From Candidatus Dormiibacterota bacterium (lineage in GTDB: Bacteria > Chloroflexota > Dormibacteria > Aeolococcales > Bog-877), in the NCBI GenBank assembly GCA_027319585.1, contig DAHVMY010000001.1, positions 6,192 to 70,191 of the forward strand: 64,000 nucleotides of DNA, written 5' to 3'. A model generated the notes under the pieces. The model made no database searches, was not told the origin of the DNA, and saw only the letters and a list, made by a program, of their open reading frames with translations. The translations under genes were made by a program, and so were the position numbers. Shown here in pieces: positions 63,663-64,000 of the stretch. Numbering within the stretch: the first letter of the stretch is position 1; each line of letters begins with the position of its first letter.

Positions 63663-64000
63663 GCGCCCGGCCGCCCGCTGGTGCCGGGTCGGCGCCGGGC
63701 GTTCCTGCAGGGCCCCTCGCCTTCGCCATCGTATCGATGGAGGGTCCCGACCAGTACAGCCAGGCGGGGGGGCTGGGGGTAAGGGTCACGCAGCTGAGCC
63801 TGGCACTCGCAGAGCTGGGGTATCGGGTCGGTCTCTTCTTCGTCGGGGATCCCGCGCTCCCCGAACGCGAGCTTCACCAGGGCGTCGAGCTGCACCGGCT
63901 GGCGCAGGAGGTTTCCCGCAACTTCCCCCGGGGGATTTACGACGGGGAGGAGGTGAAGCGGGACCATCTCGCCGCCACCTTCCCTTTCGAGCTCGTCAGG
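63659..64000 (+). CDS. Glycosyltransferase (GT-B, GT4/GT5-like), N-terminal part; runs off the window end
   Basis: My own translation: MSARPPAGAGSAPGVPAGPLAFAIVSMEGPDQYSQAGGLGVRVTQLSLALAELGYRVGLFFVGDP... ATGA overlap with the amidohydrolase gene. Confidence 0.7.
   Translation, partial: MSARPPAGAGSAPGVPAGPLAFAIVSMEGPDQYSQAGGLGVRVTQLSLALAELGYRVGLFFVGDPALPERELHQGVELHRLAQEVSRNFPRGIYDGEEVKRDHLAATFPFELVR

Noticed and set aside
1-64000. Looked for CRISPR repeats, tandem DNA repeats, rRNA, transposases, reverse transcriptases, toxin-antitoxin pairs and known defence genes
   Set aside because: None were seen. The only repetitive DNA is coding low-complexity sequence (the Ser/Thr linker at about 50700-50760, the Arg clusters in the rnc tail, and the three zinc-ribbon repeats in topA).

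Overview
GC-rich bacterial chromosomal segment (roughly two-thirds or more G+C by eye, not computed). It is densely packed: about 68 protein genes, 2 tRNA-Leu genes and 1 FMN riboswitch. Almost everything is core housekeeping, and the gene order is strikingly Bacillus/Terrabacteria-like. In order: hemY-hemH; a divergent 2-oxoacid dehydrogenase E1a/E1b/E2; tRNA-Leu(GAG); a glycogen-debranching-like gene convergent with a GT4; FMN riboswitch-ribD-ribE-ribBA-ribH; rpmB. Then asp23-yloV-degV-recG-rsmD-coaD-(coiled-coil)-rpmF-fabD-acpP-rnc-smc-ftsY-ylxM-ffh-rpsP-KH-rimM-trmD-rplS; a degenerate REC-ParA fusion; fpr; topA-hslV-hslU; GNAT, SRPBCC and HxlR. Then rpsB-tsf-pyrH-frr-uppS-cdsA-dxr-rseP-ispG; a minus-strand block (C26 amidotransferase, aminotransferase, cupredoxin lipoprotein, SprT-like, CE4 deacetylase, ceramidase-like); tRNA-Leu(UAA); a TusD/C/B-like trio plus a ThiF/MoeB E1; and a membrane glycosylation cluster (PH-domain protein, GT39 PMT, large polytopic protein, amidohydrolase, GT4). 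I saw no rRNA, CRISPR array, transposase, integrase, phage gene or recognisable defence gene. Many gene junctions use 1- or 4-nt start/stop overlaps. The many long antisense or alternate-frame ORFs in the track are typical high-GC artefacts. The most unusual items are: (1) the tusDCB/dsrEFH-like operon translationally coupled to a rhodanese-less E1 with no Ubl gene nearby; (2) a coding-like 109-codon frame lying in frame directly after the TGA stop of the amidotransferase, with no usable start codon; (3) a REC-ParA/MinD fusion lacking both the phospho-acceptor Asp and both Walker-A lysines; (4) RNase III with a roughly 215-aa Arg-cluster tail; (5) two ORF-poor gaps (388 nt fabD-acpP, 735 nt at 52.9-53.7 kb). 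All family assignments are by-eye motif recognition. No database search was run.
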